Shown here in pieces: positions 17,381-24,213 of a stretch of DNA of 37,285 nt. The translations under genes were made by a program, and so were the position numbers. Numbering within the stretch: the first letter of the stretch is position 1; each line of letters starts with the position of its first letter. Below the pieces are notes generated by a model that was not told the origin of the DNA, searched no databases, and worked only from the letters and a program-made list of their open reading frames with translations. Origin of the DNA: an uncultured Gammaproteobacteria bacterium (GTDB lineage Bacteria; Patescibacteriota; Patescibacteriia; SG8-24); contig CAZAPV010000002.1 in the NCBI GenBank assembly GCA_964487195.1, positions 1 to 37,285 of the forward strand. The letters run 5' to 3'.

Positions 17381-17734
17381 GAAAAAGAAATCGGCGCAAG
17401 AAGTTTTTGCCCAATGAAAGAATTCATGGCTCACTTGCGCCGAAAGAAGTACCTGGGGGAGCTTCCGTTGACGGGTGTAATACCTCTGCTCCAAAGGTTG
17501 AAGCGGACGTATCACACCCGAACGGATCTTGTCCCGAGGTCAAAGAACAGAACTTCTCTACCTCTCCGTGGTAGAAGCCCCCAAAGGTAAAGCGGGGGAT
17601 ACCGGATGCCCTTTTTTGATTTTGATTTTTATTTCAAGCTCAAGTCGGGCAAAGGAGTAGTAAAGAAGAGGGAAACGGTCCCGACTGGACGGGCTCATTT
17701 CTCTTCATTCGAGGTCAAAGAGCTTTACTTCAGT
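17381..17734 (-). ncRNA. Candidate stand-alone structured RNA of about 350 nt, family unassigned
   Basis: Bounded by the promoter at 17741-17769 and a terminator: 9-bp stem CGGCGCAAG/CTTGCGCCG (17392-17442) followed on the minus strand by AUUUCUUUUUC. Several nested helices are present. Two of them have G-U pairs on the minus strand that would be A-C mismatches on the plus strand. There is no credible ORF. Boundaries are approximate. Confidence 0.3.
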
Positions 17735-17740
17735 ACTTTC

Positions 17741-17769
17741 AGTATACCAGTTTTGTTCAGTGCGGTCAA
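17741..17769 (-). promoter_or_regulatory. Sigma70-like promoter of the RNA candidate
   Basis: Minus strand: TTGACC (17769-17764), exactly 17 bp spacer, TATACT (17746-17741). Confidence 0.45.
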
Positions 17770-17808
17770 TCGGGAAGAACGGCCTTATTTTGCCTCAAAC
17801 CCCGTTTG

Positions 17809-17884
17809 TTATCCCCAAGATGCTTCAGTATCCACACGCCAGAATCGCCCTATCCCCAAAGTTAACCACAGAGAGTGTGGATAA
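17809..17884. promoter_or_regulatory. Cluster of four DnaA-box-like 9-mers
   Basis: TTATCCCCA (17809-17817), GTATCCACA (17828-17836), CTATCCCCA (17850-17858), and a perfect inverted TGTGGATAA (17876-17884). Three of them overlap the last roughly 20 codons of 17825..19123. Confidence 0.5.
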
Positions 17885-19123
17885 GGTCGGGATAGGGAGA
17901 GCGCCCGAAATGAGCGGGAGTGCGGCGGCGAACGCCGGCGGGAGCGTGAGGGTGAGGCGGTCAGTTCCTGCAGCGCTGTCGCACGGTTGGTTCCCGGGTT
18001 GCTTCGCCTTGGTCATGGAGAGGAGGCGCGGATCGGAGGCGATCAGCGTGCCGTCCGCGCCATCGGTCGAAACGATGATGGAGGAATTGCCGCTGAACGC
18101 GACCCGTTCGGCGCCATTCGCATCGGCGACCGGGGCGAAACGGTGGCTGTTTTTGTTGAAACGGTATTCGGATGCCATGTCGCCGTCCGGCAGCCGGAAC
18201 GGCGTCGCGTCCGGCCATGCGGCGGCGAAGTAGTTCTGGAGCGCGGTCGTCGCGGCGCCGGTTCGCACGGTCGGGAGACGGAACAGGAAGTCGACGCGGT
18301 CGCCGTTTTCCGACGGGAACAGCGCGACCGAGAGCGGCGCGTCGAGCAGCGTGCGCAGCGCGAGCGCGGCGTCGCCGACGATGCGGCTCGCGGGCGCTGC
18401 CGGGGAGAGTTCGCTGATCTGCCCGAACAGCACGACGAGCGGATCGAACGACGGCGTCGTTTCGACGAGCGAGAGGTCCGCGGATGATCGGTTCGACGAA
18501 GGGAGCGGACGCTGTTCGGTCGGCATGGCGAAACCGAACAGCCGCATCGTTGCCGCCTCGCGCGCCGACGCGGCGGCGATCGTCATCGAAGACGGATGGA
18601 CCGCGATCGCGGCGACGAACGGTTCGAGCGGCGCGGGCGTCACTGGAACGTCATCGCGCACCGCGGGGAACGCGGACGGATTCGCATACAGTTGGATGTT
18701 CGCGACCCCGCGCATCGCGACAAGGGCGGACGCGGCCCGCGGGGCATCGGCGAGCGATGCACCGTGCGCGGACGACGCGTCGCCGAGCAGGAACGTTCTT
18801 CTGCCGAGCGCCACGGCGCCGTGGTCGGCGAGTGCGGCGATCTCGTCCGCAGCGAGCGGTCGCATGCGCCAACGGAGGAGCGTCGACCAATGAATGCCGT
18901 CCGTCGTCGGTACGGCGAAGACCGCCGCTTCGTCGGGATGGAGTGCGGGAATCCGGAGCGCGGAGATCAGAACGTCGTCGCCGCTTTCGTGGACGTACAG
19001 CGCGGCGGTCGGCGGTACGAAACGCAGGATCGTATCCGGGCTCGCGATGAATACCCGCGTCGCCCAGAACGACGCCGCGGCGAACGCGAGCGCCGCAATG
19101 CCTGCGAAGGCGGCGCGTCGCAT
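17825..19123 (-). CDS. Hypothetical Ala-rich protein with an N-terminal signal/anchor segment
   Basis: 432 aa. MRRAAFAGIAALAFAAASFWA is hydrophobic. The ATG lies 1 nt after the pnp stop, implying co-transcription. No recognisable domain. Confidence 0.6.
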   Translation of the reverse strand: MRRAAFAGIAALAFAAASFWATRVFIASPDTILRFVPPTAALYVHESGDDVLISALRIPALHPDEAAVFAVPTTDGIHWSTLLRWRMRPLAADEIAALADHGAVALGRRTFLLGDASSAHGASLADAPRAASALVAMRGVANIQLYANPSAFPAVRDDVPVTPAPLEPFVAAIAVHPSSMTIAAASAREAATMRLFGFAMPTEQRPLPSSNRSSADLSLVETTPSFDPLVVLFGQISELSPAAPASRIVGDAALALRTLLDAPLSVALFPSENGDRVDFLFRLPTVRTGAATTALQNYFAAAWPDATPFRLPDGDMASEYRFNKNSHRFAPVADANGAERVAFSGNSSIIVSTDGADGTLIASDPRLLSMTKAKQPGNQPCDSAAGTDRLTLTLPPAFAAALPLISGALPIPTLSTLSVVNFGDRAILACGY

Positions 19124-19124
19124 A

Positions 19125-21308
19125 CTATCTTTTAGGGCGGAAACCGCCGTTGTCGTCGGCCATGCCGGCCGGCCGTTCCTGCGGAATGCCGAGCTCCTGC
19201 CTCGCCCGCTTGAGCGACAGGTTGATGCGGCCGAGTTCGTCGATTTCGATCACTTTGACGGGGATGATGTCGCCGACCTTGACCATGTCGGTCACTTTGC
19301 CGACGCGCCACGGCGCCATCTCCGAGATGTGCACGAGCCCTTCCTGGCCTGGCACCACTTCGACGAACGCGCCGAAGTCCATGATGCGCGTCACCTTTCC
19401 TTCTTTGAACAGTTCGCCGGCGGCGACCTCTTTGGTGAGCATGCGCACCCATTCGACCGCACGGTCCAATCCGGTTTTGTTCGCCGAGCAGATCGTCACC
19501 GTGCCGTCGTTCTCGACATCGATGCTGACGCCGGTTTCGTCGATGATCTGGTTGATCATTTTGCCGCCCGGGCCGATCACGGTCCTGATGCTGTCCGGAT
19601 TGATCTTGATCGTGATGATGCGCGGCGCGTACGGCGACAGATCCGGTCGCGGCGCGGCGATCGCTTTTTCCATCACGTCGAGGATCTGCATGCGCGCGGC
19701 GCGTCCCTGATGGAGCGTCTCTTCGACGATCTTCGGCGAGAGGCCCTTCGTTTTGGTGTCGAGCTGGATCGTGGTGATCCCGACGCGCGTGCCGCCGATT
19801 TTGAAGTCCATCCCGCCGTCACCGTCTTCCAGATCTTGGAGGTCGGTGAGAATTTTGTAGCTGCCGCTCCCGTCGGTCGCGATGCCCATCGCGATCCCCG
19901 CGACCGGCCGCGTGATCGGGACGCCCGCATCCATAAGCGCGAGCGTGGAACCGCAGATCGAGCCCTGCGAGCTGGAGCCGTTCGAAGAAAGCACTTCGGA
20001 GACGACGCGGATCGCGTACGGGAACGTCTCTTTGGGCGGGAGCACCGGCATGAGCGCGCGCTCGGCGAGGCCGCCGTGGCCGATTTCGCGCCGTCCGGCG
20101 CCGCCGATGCGACCGGTTTCACCGACCGAGTACGGCGGGAAGTTGTAGTGGTGCATGTAGCGTTTTTTGCCGACCTCTTCCATGCCGTCGAGCGTCTGCA
20201 CGTCGCCCGGACCGCCGAGCGTGACGATCGAGAGCACCTGCGTGTCGCCGCGGTGGAACAGGCCGGATCCGTGCGTGCGTGGCAGGAGCGCGACCTCCGC
20301 CCCGAGCGAGCGAATCTCGTCCAGCTTGCGTCCGCCGACCCGTTCGCCGCGGTCGAGGATGGCGCGCGTCACCGCCGCCTCCACGATCCCGTCGAACTCG
20401 TCGTGCGCCACTTTGCGTTTTTCTTCGTCCACCCCCTCGGATTCCAGATGCGCTTCCATTTCCGCGCGCAATTTGTTCAATGCGTTGCGCCGCGCGGTTT
20501 TGTTGACGTTCGCGCCGGCGAACAGCACCTCGGGGAAGCGCGTTTTCAGGAACGCTTCGGCTTTGGCGATGAGCGCGTCATCGGTCGCGGTTTCTCCGGA
20601 GAGCGACTTCGGATCAATCTTCGTCTTGCCGACCGCGGCGACCGCTTTTTCGATCAGCGCGATCGGTTCTTTGAGATGCTTCTGGCCGAACATGATCGCC
20701 TCGTACATATCCTTTTCCGGCACTTCCTTGGCGTTCGCTTCGATCATCAGCGCGCGGTCCGGCATGCCGGCGACGATCACGTCGACGTCACCTTTGCCGC
20801 GCGCTTCGAACGTCGGGTTGATCACCCATTCGCTACCGACGCGGCCGACGCGGATGCTGCCGATCGGTCCGTCCCACGGGATGTCGGAGATCGCGAGCGC
20901 GCACGACGCGGCGACGAGCGACGGGATGTCGGAGTCGTTCTCCATGTCGACCGACAGGCACTCGATCACCACCTGCACGTCGTTCCTGACGCCGTACGGA
21001 AACAGCGGCCGGATGGAGCGGTCGATCATGCGCCCGGTCATCACCGCTTCGTCGGTCGGGCGGCCTTCGCGCTTGATGAAGCGCGAGCTTTTGATTTTTC
21101 CCGCAGCGTACAGCTTCTCTTCGTATTCGACGGAGAGCGGGAAGAATTCGATCCCCGCGCGCGCTTTCGCGGCCATGGTGACCGCCGCGAGCACGACGGT
21201 ATCGCCATATTGGACGGTGCAGGCGCCGTTCGCCTGCGCGGCGTATCTCCCCGTTTCGATGGCGAGTGTTTTGCCGCCCCATTGCGTCTCGAATCTCTGC
21301 ACTGACAT
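19125..21308 (-). CDS. pnp: Polynucleotide phosphorylase
   Basis: Two RNase PH domains, then KH (TIKINPDSIRTVIGPGGKMINQI) and S1 (GKVTRIMDFGAFVEV.PGQEGLVHISE). Start chosen at MSVQRFETQWGG (ATG 21308). The upstream in-frame ATG at 21380 is possible. Confidence 0.95.
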   Translation of the reverse strand: MSVQRFETQWGGKTLAIETGRYAAQANGACTVQYGDTVVLAAVTMAAKARAGIEFFPLSVEYEEKLYAAGKIKSSRFIKREGRPTDEAVMTGRMIDRSIRPLFPYGVRNDVQVVIECLSVDMENDSDIPSLVAASCALAISDIPWDGPIGSIRVGRVGSEWVINPTFEARGKGDVDVIVAGMPDRALMIEANAKEVPEKDMYEAIMFGQKHLKEPIALIEKAVAAVGKTKIDPKSLSGETATDDALIAKAEAFLKTRFPEVLFAGANVNKTARRNALNKLRAEMEAHLESEGVDEEKRKVAHDEFDGIVEAAVTRAILDRGERVGGRKLDEIRSLGAEVALLPRTHGSGLFHRGDTQVLSIVTLGGPGDVQTLDGMEEVGKKRYMHHYNFPPYSVGETGRIGGAGRREIGHGGLAERALMPVLPPKETFPYAIRVVSEVLSSNGSSSQGSICGSTLALMDAGVPITRPVAGIAMGIATDGSGSYKILTDLQDLEDGDGGMDFKIGGTRVGITTIQLDTKTKGLSPKIVEETLHQGRAARMQILDVMEKAIAAPRPDLSPYAPRIITIKINPDSIRTVIGPGGKMINQIIDETGVSIDVENDGTVTICSANKTGLDRAVEWVRMLTKEVAAGELFKEGKVTRIMDFGAFVEVVPGQEGLVHISEMAPWRVGKVTDMVKVGDIIPVKVIEIDELGRINLSLKRARQELGIPQERPAGMADDNGGFRPKR

Positions 21309-21422
21309 AGTGCGTACCCGGCGGCTCAATTCGTCGGAAGGCTCAAGACCGTCGGATCCCCAAGGGTCCCAGGTCTCCATGTCTTCGGGCGAACTTTCGT
21401 TCCGGGTGGTTATGAATCGTGA

Positions 21423-22004
21423 TTATTTTTTCGGTTGTTCGCGCAGTTCGCGCTCCTCCCGCTGCTGCGTGGACCGCGGCGCCCGTCGGCCCCCGCGCGG
21501 ACGGCTGCCGCTCTTGATGAGGTAGCGGTCCTTGTCCTGCGAAAGATCGACGAAATCGTCGACCGCCGCGACGAGCTTGCTCGCCGCGGTTTCGCGGAAC
21601 GCGATCGCCTCGACTTGCCGGCCGCGGTGCTTCAGGTATTCGACCAGCTCCACGAAGTCGCCATCGCCGGAGACGAGCACGATGACGTCGAGAATCTCGC
21701 CGATCCGGATCGCGTCGACCGCGATCCCGATATCCCAGTCCGCCTTCTTCGCACCGCCGACGAACACCTGCACCTCGCGCTCTTTCGTCTCGAGTCCCTG
21801 CTTGTACAGCGCCTCGAAGAACGGCGCCTCTTCGCCGGTCGCCTTGACGACGTACGCGATCGCGCGGATCAGCTGGCGGTCGGCGACCGCGGTTTTCAGA
21901 ATCTCCCCGAAGTTGACCTTCGAGTTATAGAGATTCTTCGCCGAGTAGTACATGTTCTGCACGTCGATGAAAACGCCGACGCGCTGGTTTTTATGTTTGA
22001 TCAT
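21423..22004 (-). CDS. NYN-domain (LabA/DUF88-like) protein with a basic C-terminal tail
   Basis: RVGVFIDVQNMYYS......AYV.......F...L...G..... and VLVSGDGDFVELVEYLK are typical of the NYN/LabA fold. It is inserted between rpsO and pnp. Confidence 0.85.
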   Translation of the reverse strand: MIKHKNQRVGVFIDVQNMYYSAKNLYNSKVNFGEILKTAVADRQLIRAIAYVVKATGEEAPFFEALYKQGLETKEREVQVFVGGAKKADWDIGIAVDAIRIGEILDVIVLVSGDGDFVELVEYLKHRGRQVEAIAFRETAASKLVAAVDDFVDLSQDKDRYLIKSGSRPRGGRRAPRSTQQREERELREQPKK

Positions 22005-22015
22005 AGAACGAGTAA

Positions 22016-22036
22016 ACGCCAGCCATGGGCTGACGT
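22016..22036 (-). other. Stem-loop between rpsO and the NYN gene (possible processing or attenuation hairpin)
   Basis: Minus strand: 9-bp stem ACGUCAGCC / GGCUGGCGU. It includes a U-G pair that would be an A-C mismatch on the plus strand. No strong U-tract. Confidence 0.4.
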
Positions 22037-22045
22037 TTCCGTAGT

Positions 22046-22312
22046 TTAGGCCGAAATTTTGAGTTGATCGGTGAGTTCGACGAACGCTTTGGCATCCTCG
22101 CGCTTCAGGAACTTGAGGAGGCGGCGCCGTTCGCTCACCTTGCGCATGAGACCCTTGCGGGACGAGAAGTCCTTCTTATGGGCGAGGAGGTGGCCGGTGA
22201 GGTCTTTGATCTCCGCCGTCAGGATGGCGATCTGGACCTGCGGGGAACCGGTGTCCTTCGCATGCGTCTTATATTTTTCGATGATACGCTCCTTTTGCTT
22301 CTTATCCAGCAT
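22046..22312 (-). CDS. rpsO: 30S ribosomal protein S15
   Basis: KDTGSPQVQIAILTAEIKDLTGHLLAHKKDFSSRKGLMRKVSERRRLLKFLKRED is canonical S15. Start ATG 22312; the alternative GTG at 22327 is used in the ORF track. Confidence 0.9.
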   Translation of the reverse strand: MLDKKQKERIIEKYKTHAKDTGSPQVQIAILTAEIKDLTGHLLAHKKDFSSRKGLMRKVSERRRLLKFLKREDAKAFVELTDQLKISA

Positions 22313-22373
22313 ACGCGCGTTATTCACGAATCACCCAGCCCGCGCCGAGCGACCGTACATTTATTACGGAAGC

Positions 22374-22402
22374 ATCCTAGCAGGAGGGGGCGGATCTGGC
22401 AA
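22374..22402 (-). promoter_or_regulatory. Sigma70-like promoter for rpsO
   Basis: Minus strand: TTGCCA (22402-22397), 17 bp spacer, TAGGAT (22379-22374). Confidence 0.45.
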
Positions 22403-22412
22403 GCGGTGCGGG

Positions 22413-22443
22413 ATAAATAAAAACGCTCCCGAAGAGGGGAGCG
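22413..22443 (-). terminator. Orphan intrinsic terminator upstream of the rpsO promoter
   Basis: Minus strand: CGCTCCC-CTCTTC-GGGAGCG followed by TTTTTATTTAT. No annotated minus-strand gene lies upstream of it. Confidence 0.65.
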
Positions 22444-22581
22444 TGGAGAGAACGGGCCGTTGTTAAGACCACAGCCGGGGCCAGTTTGTTTGAAACGGCC
22501 GCACGTCGCAACATGTGGCGAATAATGACCCAACACTGACAGAATCCCGCTAAGTTGTCAATGGACGGCGATCATCAAAAC

Positions 22582-22610
22582 ATGACAGCCTGTTTTGAGT
22601 GTCGTATAAT
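22582..22610 (+). promoter_or_regulatory. Sigma70-like promoter placing the Xer recombinase ATG at or near the transcription start (leaderless)
   Basis: ATGACA (22582-22587), 17 bp spacer, consensus TATAAT (22605-22610). Only 8 nt separate the -10 from ATG 22619, and there is no SD sequence. Confidence 0.5.
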
Positions 22611-22618
22611 GTAACGGT

Positions 22619-23539
22619 ATGGCCGAGGCATCGAAGCTGATCAACGATTTCCTGACGTATCTGGAAGTGGAGCGGAACCGTTCCGAACGGACGGTGAAGA
22701 ATTACGATTTTTATCTGCGCCGGTTTTTCGAGTGGGCGAAGGGGATCTCGCCGGAAAAGATCACGCTCGACAACGTGCGCCAGTACCGCGTGTGGCTGAA
22801 CCGGTACAAGGACGAGCGCGGGAAGGGAATGAAGAAGAACACGCAGAATTACCATCTGATCGCGCTGCGGTCGTTTTTGAAATATCTGGCGAAGCGCGAC
22901 ATCAGGACGCTCGCGCCGGAAAAGATCGAACTCGCGCGCATGCCCGAGCGGTCGGTGCCGTTCCTCGACGCCGGGGAGCTGGAGCGGCTGCTCGAAGCCC
23001 CGATGAAGAACGGCGCTTCGGTGCTCCAGCTGCGTGACAAGGCGATCCTGGAGCTGCTGTTCTCGACCGGGCTGCGCGTCTCCGAACTCGCGGGGCTGAC
23101 GCGCGATATGGTGAATCTGAAACGCGAGGAGTTCACGGTGCGCGGCAAGGGCGACAAGCCGCGCGTGGTGTTCATCTCGCAGCAGGCGCGCTACTGGCTC
23201 GGGGAGTATCTGAATAAAAAGAAGGACATGAATCCGCACATCTTCACCAGTCTGGACCGCGCGGGCAAAGGACGCGATTACGATGGCGGCCTGACGTCGC
23301 GCAGCATCCAGCGCGTCGTCGAACACTACGCGCGCGCGGCCGGCATCACGAAGCGCATCACGCCGCACACGATCCGGCACACGTTCGCGACCGATCTTCT
23401 TCGCAACGGCGCGGACATCCGGAGCGTGCAGACGATGCTCGGCCACGCCTCGATCACCACCACGCAGATCTACACCCACATCACCGACGAGCGGCTGAAA
23501 GAAGTCTACAATTCCTTCCACGCGAAGAAAGGGAAATAA
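22619..23539 (+). CDS. xerC: Tyrosine site-specific recombinase, XerC/XerD family
   Basis: 306 aa. N-terminal SAM-like domain (F..YL.VERN.SE.T...Y). Catalytic R..(LLFSTGLRVSEL), HTIRHTFATDLL, GHASITTTQIYTH. XerC versus XerD cannot be decided from the sequence. Confidence 0.85.
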   Translation: MAEASKLINDFLTYLEVERNRSERTVKNYDFYLRRFFEWAKGISPEKITLDNVRQYRVWLNRYKDERGKGMKKNTQNYHLIALRSFLKYLAKRDIRTLAPEKIELARMPERSVPFLDAGELERLLEAPMKNGASVLQLRDKAILELLFSTGLRVSELAGLTRDMVNLKREEFTVRGKGDKPRVVFISQQARYWLGEYLNKKKDMNPHIFTSLDRAGKGRDYDGGLTSRSIQRVVEHYARAAGITKRITPHTIRHTFATDLLRNGADIRSVQTMLGHASITTTQIYTHITDERLKEVYNSFHAKKGK

Positions 23540-23551
23540 AAAAGCCGCGCG

Positions 23552-24097
23552 TTAGGTTCGCGCAGCGTTGAAGCTGACCATCTTTCGGAACATCTCGGCC
23601 TGTTCGCGCGCGTCGTCGAGCGCGGCGTGCGTGTGCGGCCGCGGGGAACGGAAACGGTCGGCGATCCGGCGCCGCTTCGCGTCCGCCCACTGACAGTGCG
23701 TCATCCCGGCATAGTACGCCTTGATGTCGAGGCAGCCGTTGTGGCCGAACGGGTTTTTGCCGACGAAGGACTCGAAGTACCAACTGACGAACATCCAGTC
23801 GAACGCGGCGTTCAGACCGACGAAGACCGGCGTTTGGCCGACTGAGACGCTCTCGATCCAGGCTGCGAATCTGCGCATGACCGCCGCGGGATCGCTGCCG
23901 CGACGGCGCAGCTCGCCGATCGTCCTGCCGCAGGCGGTGAGATAGTCGGTGACGTACGCGTCGGTCACCAGCGTCAGCTCCTCGGAGAACGTCGTCGCGT
24001 CGTCGCGCACGAGGCACGCGCCGAGCTCGTACATGCTGTAGAGCGAGGGCACCGGACCGGTCGTTTCGATGTCGACCGAGATGTAACACTCTTTCAT
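23552..24097 (-). CDS. DEDDh-type 3'-5' exonuclease (DnaQ/RNase T-like)
   Basis: 181 aa. ExoI: ISVDIETTG. ExoII: GLNAAFDWMFV. ExoIII: HTHAALDDAREQAE. RBS GGAGG lies upstream of ATG 24097. The 397-aa track ORF is an extension across the upstream terminator. Confidence 0.75.
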   Translation of the reverse strand: MKECYISVDIETTGPVPSLYSMYELGACLVRDDATTFSEELTLVTDAYVTDYLTACGRTIGELRRRGSDPAAVMRRFAAWIESVSVGQTPVFVGLNAAFDWMFVSWYFESFVGKNPFGHNGCLDIKAYYAGMTHCQWADAKRRRIADRFRSPRPHTHAALDDAREQAEMFRKMVSFNAART

Positions 24098-24143
24098 GGA
24101 ACAACCTCCGGCGGCATGAAACCATTTTACGACCCGGACGTCA

Positions 24144-24182
24144 ATATCCCCATATTGGGGACTGTCCCCAAATTGTGGATAA
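24144..24182. repeat. 39-bp compound palindrome of DnaA-box-like units, copy B
   Basis: ATATCCCCA-TAT-TGGGGAC-TG-TCCCCA-AAT-TGTGGATAA. Its proximal arm occupies the -35 position, 17 bp from a TAAAAT -10 (24129-24124, minus strand), upstream of the exonuclease gene. Confidence 0.8.
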
Positions 24183-24207
24183 GAAAAATACCCCCGATGA
24201 GCGGGGG
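24183..24207 (-). terminator. Intrinsic terminator of the amidohydrolase gene
   Basis: Minus strand: CCCCCG-CTCAT-CGGGGG followed by TATTTTTCTT, 6 nt after the stop. Confidence 0.7.
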
Positions 24208-24213
24208 CGGTGA

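Noticed and set aside
17455-17582. Possible tmRNA (plus-strand GGGGGAGCUUCCGUUGACGGG resembles a tmRNA 5' end) or a minimal RNase P RNA (GAAAGAAGU ... ACAGAACUUCU resembles P4).
   Set aside because: I found no T-arm or CCA-proximal acceptor complement, and no plausible tag reading frame ending in hydrophobic residues. The P4-like strands are only about 110 nt apart. G-U versus A-C evidence favours the minus strand. It is kept only as an unassigned RNA candidate.
22324-22536. 70-aa minus-strand ORF in the xer/rpsO intergenic region.
   Set aside because: It reads through a strong intrinsic terminator and the predicted rpsO promoter. It has no RBS, and its composition looks non-coding.
22619-24097. 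Tyrosine recombinase plus exonuclease as part of an integrated mobile element or prophage remnant.
   Set aside because: The recombinase has the length and motifs of housekeeping XerC/XerD. I see no flanking direct repeats, tRNA target, phage or transposase genes, or compositional shift around it.
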